A stretch of DNA of 64,000 nt. Source: Hydrolagus colliei (Eukaryota). A program made the position numbers and the translations under genes. The DNA is taken from the NCBI GenBank assembly GCA_035084275.1, contig CM068754.1, positions 12,214,001-12,278,000 of the forward strand. Reading direction: 5' to 3'. Every line of letters begins with the position of its first letter. Position 1 is the stretch's first letter. The notes beneath the pieces were generated by a model. The model saw nothing but the letters and a program-made list of their open reading frames with translations. It ran no database searches and was not told the DNA's origin. This document shows, in pieces, positions 35,195-48,219 of the stretch.

Positions 35195-35325
35195 CCCACA
35201 CCAGTCATTCTTGTGGCTTCTCTGAGTGAAATTGCCAATTAGTGCCACATTTTCGGCTGCATTTTTTGCTGTCCACTAACATCCACTAGGAACTTGGTGA
35301 AGGTAGTTTGAACTACCAACCTATT
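35195..35325 (-). mobile_element. LF-SINE-like relic
   Basis: rc contains, in order, AGTTCCTAGTGGA, TGGCACTAATTGGCA and CAGAGAAGCCA, as in the recalled LF-SINE core. Confidence 0.6.
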
Positions 35326-35459
35326 ATAATGCACATGTTGCTGGAAAATGTGTGCATTTCTGCAGCAATTATCTGTGAAAAGTAAATGATTGAGCGATTG
35401 TGATTCAGGAACGAATTGTACAGAGCAACAGACAGCTCAACTTCATGTACACATAAATG

Positions 35460-35660
35460 CGGTTTGGCACAGCAATGTTCACAAACCACCATGAAGTGAT
35501 TAACCAATCTTTTTTTGGAGGGGATTATCAGCCAAGACACTCGGAGGAACTCTATTTTCTCTGCCATGGGATCTTTAACGTTTACACGAACATGTATGAT
35601 TTAATTCAAAATATAGGTTGAAAGAACTGCATAGCACCACCTGATCCCTCAAGAGTTATC
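35460..35660 (-). mobile_element. Old DeuSINE (AmnSINE1/SacSINE1-type) relic with Deu domain
   Basis: GCCAAGACACTCGGAGGAACTC...GCCATGGGATCTTTAACGT resembles the antisense Deu domain (GCCAGGACACCGGGGAGAACTC...GCCATGGGATCTTTTACGT). Confidence 0.6.
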
Positions 35661-37250
35661 TCACAGTGAGAATTGAAAGCACACATTTCAAACATTACGT
35701 ATAAGCCATGGTCAACTGATGGATAACTAAAAGCAACCCAATGTTTAATACTGAAGCACAATTTTCAATGTACACATTTGTGGACTATCTTGTTAGATTT
35801 TTGTTCACACCGATGCAGCTGTGCATTCTTCGTAAAACCAATGGAATATTTCTACACTTCTGGTATCTGCAGTCGTTAGATTTTTAAAAGCATCTTTTTG
35901 TGCATGTGTGTATGCGAGTTGTTTTCTGTGAAGGGTAAATGTTTTTTATGCTTAGTTTTGCAGAAATACTTTTCATTTTTGTCTGAGTAAATATTTAGAG
36001 CTTTTGCAACCTCCTGCAGCTTTAAGCTTCAGAGGCCCACAAAGCTGATTTTGATTAGAGCCAGGAAGCGCCAGTAGTCCTACATTTTAGGTCTTTGACC
36101 CATACTTTAGAAGATGTATCTTTTACAGTCATGAAAAAAGGCGATGTTTAGACTACGAAACCCAGGGAATTTCAAGATGAAGCTATTTGGATTGAAGAAC
36201 TTGACATCTCTGCACATGCACTGAAGTTGTTTTACTTTCCGCTCCTTAGATCCAATGCCTCTTTATTCAGTTCTAAAACAAATATACACTTAACGTATCG
36301 TTTGAATCCACGTCATTCACCTGAGCATAACAAGTAACTTGACTTGTTTCAGACTGACTCTTTGAAGTAACTGTGGTCAATTTAATGGGGAAGCCTGTAT
36401 AGCATAGTGCTGCAGAAAACATTCGGGAAATAAACATACTACATGAACCACAATGATTCAAAATCATATCAACAAAGAGAAGAAAATGCCCAGTCAAAGC
36501 AAATGGTGAATTGTCCAATAAACTCTGAAATTAATTCAGTGGAAATACAAGATGATTTGACATTGAATTCTCATGGGAATAATGTGAACCAAGTACTTGT
36601 GACAGAATCATAATAGCTACAAAGACAATAGAGCAAATACACGATATAGGAAAGGAATATTACCATGGAAACAGAATTCACACATACCAAAGAAAGACAA
36701 CAAATTCATAATGTAATGAGCAAAAACATGGCCTACTTGTATCTGAGAACAAATCATAGAAACAAGTCAAAAAGTAACAGTTCAGTTACAAATGAAGATA
36801 CAAGCAATCTACAAATAGAAGATATGAACACTTTTATCTATAATATCATGAACAGGATTGCCTTATAAATAATCTATTCTTGCAACTGAATAGATTCTAA
36901 TATTACAAAAATATAACAACTGAAGTAAAATGAATGTAAATATATGTGAAGTGAACACAATCCCTCAATGACAGTAAAGTGCATAATAAACTTCTTCCTT
37001 AAAAGCTTTGCTAAATTCACAAAACTATGAAATGAACATTTAACTACACAGTGAAGTTTGCGGCATTGCAGAAAATGTTAATTAGCACAAGAAATGTGTT
37101 ATGAAACCCATAAAACTTTATGTCTATATCATTTTTCTAAAATGTTATATGGTTATAAACAGCTTTATTCAACTACCAAGAGACATCCCAAATAGCAAGA
37201 GCTGGATAACCCTCTATTTGAGATGTTGCTTGGTAATATTACTAATACAG

Positions 37251-37345
37251 TAATAATAATCCTTGCATTTGCCTCATCATATCTTGAAGCACTTTACAGA
37301 TTATACTGTAAAGTAAATTGACTGTATGTTTTGTGAGCGAAATGC
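37251..37345 (-). mobile_element. SINE 3' fragment
   Basis: (AAT)n-CCTTGCATTTG...ATACTGTAAAGTAAATTGACTGTAT. Confidence 0.85.
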
Positions 37346-38000
37346 TATGTGACAAAGATTTTTCTTGATTATGAACAAGCCATCTTTGATCCACTGTATG
37401 CCAAGATTTTAGAATTTCTATTTCTTGAACATAAACTACAGGCATAACCGATCAGATATATTATTATCACCAATATTATTATTATAGTAACAGACCCAGA
37501 TGAATGTCATGGTAGGGGGGATAAGGAAGGAAGTACTCAAACCTTGAATTTAGGGGTTCAAGAGGGGGAATAATGGGTTGGTCATGCAAGAGCTATATAA
37601 AAGGAGTAGGGTTTCTTGGCCAAATCAAAGGTCTTTAATCTTTCCAGGTTTTGTTATGTTTTTACGATATCTATTAATGGAGAAATATGCTAGTTCTGTC
37701 GCTAGCCTGAAAGACCCATAACTCATGAATACTATAGTCTCTTGTATGAGGTACATAATACCCAGAAGTTACCATACCTGGATAGGAGTTCTGCTTATTT
37801 CATAGCCTCACATTATGCTTGAATATGAACTGCATTCGTGGATTAATCCTGAAATACTCTATGTTACTGGCAGTCACTGTGGTTTATAAAAATGAATAAG
37901 CAGCATATGCACAAGTTTAGTGGCTGAAATTCTGAGGAGATGCAATGGGGGTACTGTAGATTGGAAAACTCACAGGGTGAATTTTCAATTCGGAGATATA

Positions 38001-38335
38001 CAGTAAAAGCCGTTTATCCGTGACCCGATCAACCGGATTGCTTGCCCCCCTCCCGGGGCAATTCCGCATTCCAGCAATCGCGAGTATGCGCACTTATTAA
38101 ACGTACAAACTTGTTTTTTTACTGATCTTTTTACCGTGTGTGCTTGAATCTTTGTTGGTAAGTATCCATACAATATTCTGTTACTATTTAGTGTATTATT
38201 AATTACGGTATGTTGTAAAATAAGTTCATTTTTTGTGTTGGGTTTTTGGCAACTTGCCGTCCGATTATCCGGTACAGTCAATTAGTCGACCCCCCCCCCC
38301 CACCCAGAGCGTGCCAGATAAACGGGCTTTTACTA
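38001..38335. mobile_element. Tc1/mariner (Tigger/pogo-like) MITE
   Basis: TA at 37999-38000 and 38336-38337; TIRs CAGTAAAAGCC-GTTTATCCG / rc TAGTAAAAGCCCGTTTATCTG; no coding capacity. Confidence 0.85.
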
Positions 38336-38337
38336 TA

Positions 38338-38507
38338 ATATAATACAATAATCCTTGAATTTGATATAGCACTTTTCACATCTTCTAGATGTCTCAAAGC
38401 ACTTTACAAAATATACTGTAAAGTGAATTGACTATATATTTGGCAGACAATTAGGCACAGCAGTGTCCCGGAAACAGTTGTGGATTGAAATGACCAATTT
38501 TTATTTA
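38338..38507 (-). mobile_element. SINE 3' two-thirds abutting the MITE
   Basis: ATCCTTGAATTTGATATAGCACTTTTCACATC...GTGGATTGAAATGACCAATTT. Confidence 0.88.
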
Positions 38508-41500
38508 CCCCAATGCCACTATTCCCATGCTCTCAGGAACTTTGCAGTTCCTGAGTAAAGTTCACTTCAGGCAATAGTAGGACACTTTGATCATCACAGA
38601 GAAGAACTGAAACACTTTGGTCTATTTGATCCTATTCTACCTTATTCATTGGGTATATGTGCCACCTATTTTTAAGTCTGACATGAATCACTTTTTAATT
38701 ATCTCTATTGAACTTAATGATCAGCACAGGTGCAGATTCTGTCGTATTGAATTTGAAAGATCTTGTCTCCGTTCTCTGGTTTTAGATTCCTCCGAGCTTG
38801 ATGCTAACATGAGTAAATCAGATTTGCCTCACGGAGAAACACATTTGCGTTGGAAATATTGAACAGGATTTTTTTTTACGTGTAGCATTTTAATTCTGAA
38901 TCACTGAAATATATTTGGTTCTGCCTTTGTTGCCGTATTGTTACATTAAGGAGAATGAACTTTATGGATCATTATGTGGCCCTGGCATTTTATAACAATA
39001 AAATTGATGATAATTATATTTTCTTTCACATTGTACCTAATTTTAGAAAATACCTCATTCTAATGAGGCACAACCTAAAATTAATTTGACTCTTTTAATC
39101 ATATGGCTGCATATAATCACGGAAAATTAGAGAGTCACAAATGCTATTTGTGCCATTGGATTTTCAATACATTTATTGTTTTACTTTCGTTGTTAGAGGA
39201 CAATAGACTATTCATCTTCATTTATCTTCATTTTCAACTGTTCATGAACAGATAAATTTTTGTGCACAAATGGCTTTTATTGGTTTTATTCCTTATTAAA
39301 TGGTAAACACATTTACTCCCAAATAAAATTGGTATGCAATCAATAGGGAAGCAAACACCGAAGGTTGATTTTACATCTACAGCAAATTTTAAAACCAATT
39401 GGCAAACAGTATTTAATGTGGACCAAAAATATGCAAATTTACTAGAATATTACAAATTTACTGTGTTTTCGGATAAAATGCTGAAACATTTGAATGCATT
39501 TCAAAAGTTTTTTAATTGCAATACACACATGTCAGCCGATATTTTGGAGAAAAGATCACAGAGCATGTCTTTTGGATAAACAAAATTATTTTGCAATAAA
39601 TTGAACAGAAAATTTGCCAATAACAAAAAGCTGTGAAGCAAACTGGTTCTCTTCCTGGAGATAGTGTGAGCAAGAACAGACCATTTCATGAAAATAAATG
39701 TTTACTAAATATTTCTTGAAAATAAATTTCTAGGAACTTGAAAGACGTATGAAGGCTTCCCTGATGACTGGAGATGGGGAAGTGACAATTACTTCTGGAA
39801 ATATTAAAGTCAATATCAAGCGCCTCTTGGTGAGCTATGGGGATGCTTTGAAGTGTTCTCTATTTACCTAATATTGCACATTCAGAGCATTGATCCTGGC
39901 TTTCTAAAGAGATGTTAAGTCAGTTGGATGACTACGCATTCAATGGCCATGGCCCGCAATTCACTCTGACCAAAATAAAATCAACCTCACAAGAGATATG
40001 AAGGTTGCAGAGACCCAGCATGGCAGAGGTAAAGATGGGATACATCACGACCAAAATAGAGCATGGTATAAACAGATGTAAAACCTAATCACGATAAACA
40101 GCAACAAAGACAACATTCAGGGGTACAATTTTACTCTGATCGATAGAAGAATTTGTAATGAGAAATATCTTTTGATTTCTTGGCACTCGGGAATAGACAG
40201 ATGCGTACTTTTTACGTCAGTGGAATAAAAGTAAAGGTTAGGAAATCTTGAAGCAGGCCTTGCTTTGGAATTGGTTTTGGTGTTGCACTTCATTTGCAAT
40301 GTTCACAACAATGATCTGCATCTTCATTGTTGTGTTTTAGGCACTCACTGTACTTTGCGCCAATAGTAAACAAGGCTGGAAAAACCCCAATCAATCTTGT
40401 CATTTCGCTGTGTTTCATTCAAGAAGACCTTGACCTGAATTACGGTAATTGTAATCTTGCTCATTGCTTGTTAATGACATAATTAAGAGCACCTATAATT
40501 CCCTCCGTATATATGAGTTTGCTCATGGTTTACAAAGCTCACGGAATAGACCAACGTGTAGGTTGTTCGAAGGATAATTAGCGGATTTTCTAACAGCTTC
40601 CACAGAAAAACATTTTAAATGCCTATTACAGATTACATGCTACCAGCATAGAACTAGTATATTTAAATATCATTAGCATATGATTTAAATGGTTCATCCA
40701 GCAAACATGAATTAACTTTAGAGGCTCTGGTTAGTTAGACGGAACACTGCTGCTGTGTGAAATCCAGGTCAGCTTCGCTTGGTCATTCTATAAGCTTGGG
40801 CATTCTGTATGAACTTCAAGTCATTTATCAAATCAAAACGAGGCAAAAAGTGGACATAAAAAAAACAACATTTTATTTCAGGAGAATTTTGTATAACATG
40901 GGCCATGATTTCCAGGATGACAGAGCACGTTTCAGTGCTTTCCTCACATGTATTAAAGTCAAGCCATCTGAAAATGTTCTAAAAACATTAAACTGTTATG
41001 TACCTATATTGGAACAAAATATGGCTTTGTTTAAATATCTACATCCCTAAAATCCATAATGGACCATGATCCCACACAATAAACTGTTAGCAGATGGATG
41101 TATATCTAAACAGAATGAGTTCCACATACTGTTTAAGATTTGAAAATAACTGCCTTTTTGGCTATTGAACACATGAAATATTCTTATCAAAAACTGTCTG
41201 ATTAGTACAGTGTTGTGTGTAAGAATTTTTTTCGGTGGTAATATTACTCTTTAAAGCAATGTTCTTAAGCTTAAGAATGGGTTAACGTTTGGGTTTCTGA
41301 TTTCCACAGGTGCATTGTGCACCAACAGTCACTTGTTAATGATCAAGAATGGGGAACGCAGGCTGATTTTTCTCATGAGCCGGAACTCAAATGTGATGAT
41401 CTTATTTGCTCCCCCAATTGATCATTTTTTCCAGTTGTGACAAATTTATTGTCACGACCCAGTGCTTTGACTGCAAGTGGTCGTAGCGTAAATAATAAGA

Positions 41501-42089
41501 GAACAAGTCAGGATTAAATTTTAACAAACTGATACAGAATTACAATTGAACCTTAAAATGAGGGTGGTTGCATATAATTTACCAATGTAATCCATTCAGA
41601 TAACTTGGAAGGAAGTAAGGTTTTGCAGCTAAGAAGGATAGAAATGTCCCTGTAAGCTTCTTTGCAGCAGAGTCTATGGTTAAATCCCACAGAATACTGA
41701 ATAGTGAATTTAACAGATTTAATAGGATTCATATTCCTGTAGTTCCCTGAATTGTCATGATCATCATTCACAAAGAATGAACTAATTTGTACAAAATGTT
41801 TGAAGAACTATCTTTTTGCTGCTACTGTATTTTTAGACTAGTTTAGTGTGAAGCTGCAAGAATGTTATAAAGAGAAAGAATCTGCCCTTTCATAAATTGA
41901 ATCAATTATCAAGTTAACACTCTAAACCTTTTTTTCCCAGAAGGGTTTGAGATTGATAAATTGTTTTGAATGATACTAATGATTCATACAGAGTTGAAAT
42001 AGATTTGGTTTCTGTGAATTAATTATTTAGTGAAACAATATTTAAACTGTTATCAAAAAATTTCTGAACAGGTCTCAGTGAGCTTTCTG

Positions 42090-42320
42090 CAAGTGAAATC
42101 AGAAATCATATCTTCCCATAGAGAGCTGTGAAAATGTGCCCGAAACAGCTGTAGAGGAAGAGGCATTTGTGAAGTTTAAAAGTCAATATTGTGACAACAC
42201 AAGGATATTTAAGGTGTTTGAAGAAAAGATGGGGAGTTGGATTAAAATATATGACGTGATCTGATAAACCAATGAAACAGGCTTGGTGGGCTAAATGGCC
42301 TCTTTCTTTTTCTGGGTATT
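42090..42320 (+). mobile_element. Decayed CR1 3' end
   Basis: Ends ACAGGCTTGGTGGGCTAAATGGCCT, homologous to the CR1 tail at 18880-18905. Confidence 0.6.
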
Positions 42321-43960
42321 TTAGAAATTGTGGTTATGTAAATATATATATTTTAAATATTTGACTTGCATAAGGCAGTTATCCTATGCCTGGTATGAAT
42401 CCAATAACACAAAATTGCACTGGTTCTGTTTCTCACTATAAATACCATGCATCAACATATGATGCATGTAATTTGCATGTTTTATTGTTCACCAAGAAAC
42501 TTGTACACTTTGTACACTTTATTGTTTGTGAGAAATATTAAATAAAATGTGTACATAATAATGGCTTACTGCACAGGACTTTTAAAAGGAAAACTTCTTA
42601 GAGAGTACATATCTGTTTGAAGTCATACATAATCTTCACCAGAAATAACTTTAACATCCTTTCAAGTGATGCGATTTTGTCTGAAACCTCCCGGCTCTAC
42701 ATTGCCTCATATGGTTACCTCCTGCCAAATCTGACACGTCTTCAGCGTGGACCTGGGCTATTCCAATCCTTTCCCGCAACTGCCTCCCACGCCACCACCC
42801 CATCAAGGTGGTCCATGCATGCGATACTGTTCCCTAAGAACATGTTGCAGCTGCTGAGAAATACAAGCCCTCCCACATCGATGTACTGGGCAGCAACATT
42901 TTTCACTTAGAAGCTAGGTTTTCACCTTTGAACACATTTACAGGTTCAACCAACTTGCTGGGTATGCATTAGGATTTCCGCAGTGGCTGCTGCTTGGTTC
43001 ATTGTATTCAGGACAGAGAATAGCTCTTTTGCAAAATATCGAGCATAGACTTTTCTGCAATGGAGAAAGTGTTGACTGTGCTTTTTTCAGATGATGTTTG
43101 GTGTGCAATGACTGTATTTAAACGCATAGAATTTTGCAATAACGAAGAAAGACATCTGGCCCATCATGTCTGTGCTGGTGTTTTGAATTTAACCACCTTT
43201 TAGGTTTCCAAGTAATTTGCTGACAGAATGTTAATAGGGGATGTGATTTATCAGAAATATGATATATACATGATGATGTAAATATATGATGAAGAAACCA
43301 GCACAATAAACTATTTAAAATAGTCAATGCAACATTAGGGATGATTTCTCTCCATCACAAAAACAATATTTGCTATTAATTCTAACTTTGGGATCAATAT
43401 ACAGTACTGTTCATTTTACGTCAGCGCAAGTGCACCTTAGTTAGGTAGGTTTAATAAAATGAATGAAGAAAATACTGTGTATTAAATAATACTTTGAAAT
43501 GATATTACTCCAGTTTCACAAACCAGCAGGCGGTGCTTCTTTGTGCTAAGACGTAGATTCTGCCTCCAAGTCTGAATATAATCAAAGTCTTAATCAAGTC
43601 TAAGTGTCCCTCCTTCACTTTTTTCTACTTAGTGCAGTGCATCAAGATTCAATTAGTGCCTGCTGCTTTCCACACTTACTTATGCTGCTATTATACATGT
43701 CAGTTTCATGCTGACTCCAATGTCCAGTTCCATAAAGGTAGATCTGGGGTGCATTTCGTGCTAGGTGATTAATACCAAATTATCGTGATTTGGGCAGAAA
43801 TTCGCTGCCAATTATGCAGTGGAAATGTCTGTTTGTGGCAGTGTGATTCGTGCAGGAGTTCTATTCTCAGACACACTGGTTCACGAACAATGCATTTCAC
43901 CATCTCTACTTTATAAAGGCTTAGTTTCCAATGGTCTTTTGTAAAGCACTTTGTCTATTT

Positions 43961-44220
43961 ATAATAACACTAATCCTAACTTGATGTAGCCCCTTTCACA
44001 TCGGGAAAACATTTTCATATTCCAAAACGGATATCCCGTGAAGTGTAGTGACTGTATTTTGTAGGCCAACACAGCAGCTAATTTGAGCTCAGAAATGTCC
44101 CAGAGCTTATTTGATGTTATTAAATAAATCAAATGCTTTCTTGTTTTCCACCTCAATAAGATGTAATGTACAGTGGGACATATAAACCAGAGGTAACCGT
44201 TCCACATCAGCACACTCCTG
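43961..44220 (-). mobile_element. Old Deu-type SINE relic
   Basis: ATAATAAC..TAATCC..TAGCCCCTTTCACATC tail and GTGACTGTATTTTGTAGGCCAACACAGCAGCTAATTTG body, a diverged relative of the young SINE. Confidence 0.55.
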
Positions 44221-44804
44221 GCAGGGAAACAGCTTTATTCCCATTGATATAAACACAGCATAAACATGGTTGGAGCCACTTTTAATTTGGTGGCATTATA
44301 CTCGGATGCTTACACTACTGAATGTGGTATGGAAATCTGAGTATAACAAGGATATACTACCCTTTGGGGACAGAATTTATGAACATAATTATGAAACTGA
44401 TTCCAAAAGGTGTAAAATACTTAGGTACCAGACAACATTAAATTGTTAGTGGTGAATATTATATTTTGAGTGTTTTATTTGTGATGGGTGGGTAGTGGCG
44501 GTGGTGGGGGTTGGGGGGAAGCAATCAATGTTATGGCTATTGCTTCAGCCACACTCGAGTTACTGCTCAACTAAAATTGACGAAAAAGTCCAGAGTTTTA
44601 ATTTTCCTCCCTACAAATCACACTAATCAATCTTTGGGGGAATTTTCTCTATGCAAAGGGGATTTGTACACATTAGAGTGGCATATAATTGGCAATATTA
44701 GTATGGAGGGTAATGCAAAGGTATCAAGAAGGAGGAAAATATTGCATAACTGGGAATTACATACTGTAGGATTCCACATGTAGGCTGGACTGCAGTTCAT
44801 AAGA

Positions 44805-44948
44805 AAAACAACAACAGAATTACTTTTGTATAGCACCTTTCATGTTGAGAGGACTTCCCAAGGTGCTAGACAGGCAGTATTCCGGACCTGAGCTAGGGGT
44901 AGGGATTGGGAAGGGTGAAGGGTGGTGGGGTAGTGGGGGAGGAGGTTA
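44805..44948 (-). mobile_element. L2 3' UTR/tail fragment
   Basis: (AAC)n..TATAGCACCTTTCATGTTGAGAGGACTTCCCAAGGTGCT plus a G-rich tract, homologous to the 28071 and 49690 copies. Confidence 0.7.
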
Positions 44949-45114
44949 TACTTGAAGACAGACATTATATTTAATGATTGCCCTCTAGGTTAATTTAGTT
45001 AGAGAAGTGAGTGTAGCTACAAATATGACCAGATTTAGAGATGTCATTAGTTGTACCGTTCATTCGAGTTATTACCTTCTGCTGTAGTTTCTATCAGAGC
45101 CTATAAATCACATG

Positions 45115-45184
45115 CAACTGCCAGTAAGATGGAAGATTAACTAGATGGTCTTTTTTTCGCCCAGCAATTCTTATGTTTTTATGA
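45115..45184 (+). mobile_element. CR1-type tail fragment
   Basis: ACTAGATGGTCTTTTTTTCGCCCAGCAATTCTTATGTTTTTATG. Confidence 0.45.
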
Positions 45185-48100
45185 CATGATGTGTAAAAGC
45201 ACATTTCGTGCTAACATGCTCAGCCATGACTCAACCAAAGACAAGCCTATAGCTCAAAATGTTTTGAATATTCTACTTAATTCAGTACTTTTAATATTAA
45301 AAGTTCCTGGATTCAGTGGATGACAAATTACCTGTAATATCGTTTTCAGCAAGAAAAAAAAATCAGATTTTGTGAGTAATCTTGCCTGTAATAATTATTA
45401 CCGGTAAATACCTCAAAATTTAAAAACTAAAACATAATATCTGTCATATTAGAAATGGCAAATGAGATTAGTCACAACAGAAAAATATTACATAAGGTAA
45501 GTAAAAAAAGGAAATTGCTTGAAGTATGGGGAAAATCAAAGGTTTTCATCCTATCTATCGGGGCTCTATTCAAACTTATTAAAAAGAACAGTCTAACTTT
45601 TAACACAATAAATTGTCCAGTAACCACTTCTCTTTAAATTACAAAGGTCATTAAAATCCATCATCTCTGCCTGAGGACTTATTCTTTTTTCTTCTTTGTT
45701 TTCTTTGCTTCCTTTTTTCTTTTCTATAAACGTTCGCATGGTTTTATTTGAAATCTATTTCAGTGTTTGAAGCTGTGCGCTGTGGATTTAATTTGTTTGA
45801 TGTATCATTCCCTCTCTGTAAAGTCCCTGAAAGAGTCTGACTCACATTCTGAATAATCTTTAACTAACCATTTCTGCAAATTTAAGTCTAATTGTTTTTG
45901 TGCAATTATCAGTTAAACCTTTTTCTTCAAGACACTATTAGAAATAGGTTTTATTTTTGTATGTGCTTTACACTGTTGTAATTAAGCTTTCGATGTCTTG
46001 TTCTGATGTGGGCTTGAACTTTAAGTGGACATTTCTTTAAATCTTAGATTATCTATCCAATTTTATATTAACATTGAGAGCTGGTTGATTTTATTCCATT
46101 CTTATTGTTGATCAGGTTGTTTTTCAAAGTATTTTGGCTGTTCTTGCTTCTAACTTCAGTTCCAGTTTATTCTATCAGCTGAAAATGTGAACCATCTGAG
46201 TTATGTATCTGTAAAATGTCTGACTAGTGTAATGAGGCCTAAAACCATATACACTGCCAAGTACAGTCCCTGTCCTAGGCATCAGTCAGGTGAACTCAGG
46301 GTAATGAGTCATGAAAGGTTTCTTCATTCAGTTTCAACACCTGCACTAAAAGCAACAGCCAGGATCAGATTTGCTTGACATATATTTTGACATCTGAATT
46401 CAAAGATAAACTGGTGGCAGATCAACAACTACCTCAACAATCCTATAAAAGTCAAGGTAACTGTAATATATTTATTCTCTTTGATCACTTAATACACACG
46501 CAGTATTTCATAGAATATTTAAATATCCGTTCCTATCCTTCTATAATAGTCTTCGATTTGTGTTCTAACAGAAACTTTTCCAGTTTCTTATTATAGGAAT
46601 AACTAACACACCGTTATCTTCTTTGATTCTGAATCCACATACTATATCTCTTGCTTTACAGCAAAGGACAGAGGAATTTGAAAGATGCCTTAATCCCTCT
46701 CGTATTGGATGGAGGCAGTTGCTTGTTGGAGAGTAATTCGCAATTTCTGGAGAATACTGTGGTCCAAGCATATTGATTAGTTGGCCTGAGTGAAGATGTT
46801 TTAATTCCAAGTGATGGTGATAACATTTTTGCAGTTGAGTTCAGAATTAATATCCTTTTCACACAGCTGGAATAAAACAATTTTTGCCATGTGTTTAGAC
46901 CCACAACATGCCCATATATTGTACTTCATGCATCATTTGCATTCATTACACATTCATTATCACCCCATCAACATACCTCATGTGATTGGCTTGATGCTCA
47001 AATGCATAAAACTGGGTAATAAAACACAAAATCTGCTTTATGGCGCATAACCAAAACACATACATAAATGTACCCCACATATGTGCCAGTGCTCAGAAAA
47101 AAAAATTCTGTTTTTGGTGCATTTTTTTCTAGTTTGGTTCACTCGTGCAAGAAATCAAAAATGGACAACTTTGCATTTATCTTATCTTTGAATCTGGGGT
47201 CCAAAATATATACCATCATTCTCTTTTTGTTTACACCTGATCTGATTTTCGCTTGAGATTCATTTGTGCAAGTATATCATGCAAGACACCACAAGCTGTG
47301 AGATGTTCTTGTGCTATTCATGCATTGAGCTACAGAATTATGGTGGTGAAAGTACTGATGGAGTCATAATGATTGTTACTTTTCAGTTTTATTTTCCAGA
47401 GTATTTATAATTGACTGTTTCTCTACAAACAATCTTGAAATCCAACCAGTAGGTAGACTTTCTGGTCTTTTGCAATCTGGACCTGCCAACTATGCTCTAA
47501 CCTTGTCGACAGCCTTAACCAAATGCATGTTGACTCTCTAAATATTGCCAAGTCTTTTCTAAGGTGGAGTTTACATAAAGGGCAGCAGATTGTTCCAAAA
47601 ATAATTGCTAAGTTTCATTTACAGCGAACAATAACAAGGTTGCCAGATGCTATTTGACCATAAATTTAATTTGGGAGCTTAAGGTACCTCTTTCTTTCTC
47701 TTGTGGATTGACTATCAAGATTTCCTGTGCAGAAATAGTACCTGTAAATCAATTAATCCTACAACTTGCTTGAGTCATAGCAGAAAACAGACAAGGAACG
47801 TCGTTTAGGATGCTCATATTTTGGGTTTGTGTCCGGTTTGTGCACTTTGGAAATTTTTAGCTTCTCATAACTTCAAAGAATTTTATTTATTAACTAAAGT
47901 CAAACCTGTTTTCAGCAAACACTCAGGGGACTAAGTGGTTGGACCAAAGTGACTTTCATGCAACGGTAGTTTCTGAGTAAGGGTTCATTGGTGCGCAGAG
48001 AATTTCTAAGTGTACAGAAAAATACAGTGCACCTTACTAACCCACAAATTAAACTAGTTTTAATAAAGTAATAAATCAATTACAACATACATGTCATGAC

Positions 48101-48219
48101 TATTTTTGTGGGCCAGATATTCCTGCTGGATGCCTAGCACGTACCTAACTCAGTCTGAGCAGCCAGATCCAGATGCTGAAAAGGGTATCAGCCCACCAAC
48201 AAAAAAAAAGAGTGATCAC

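Noticed and set aside
39820-39835. CTCF-like motif GCGCCTCTTGGTGA
   Set aside because: Mismatches at core positions; too weak without data.
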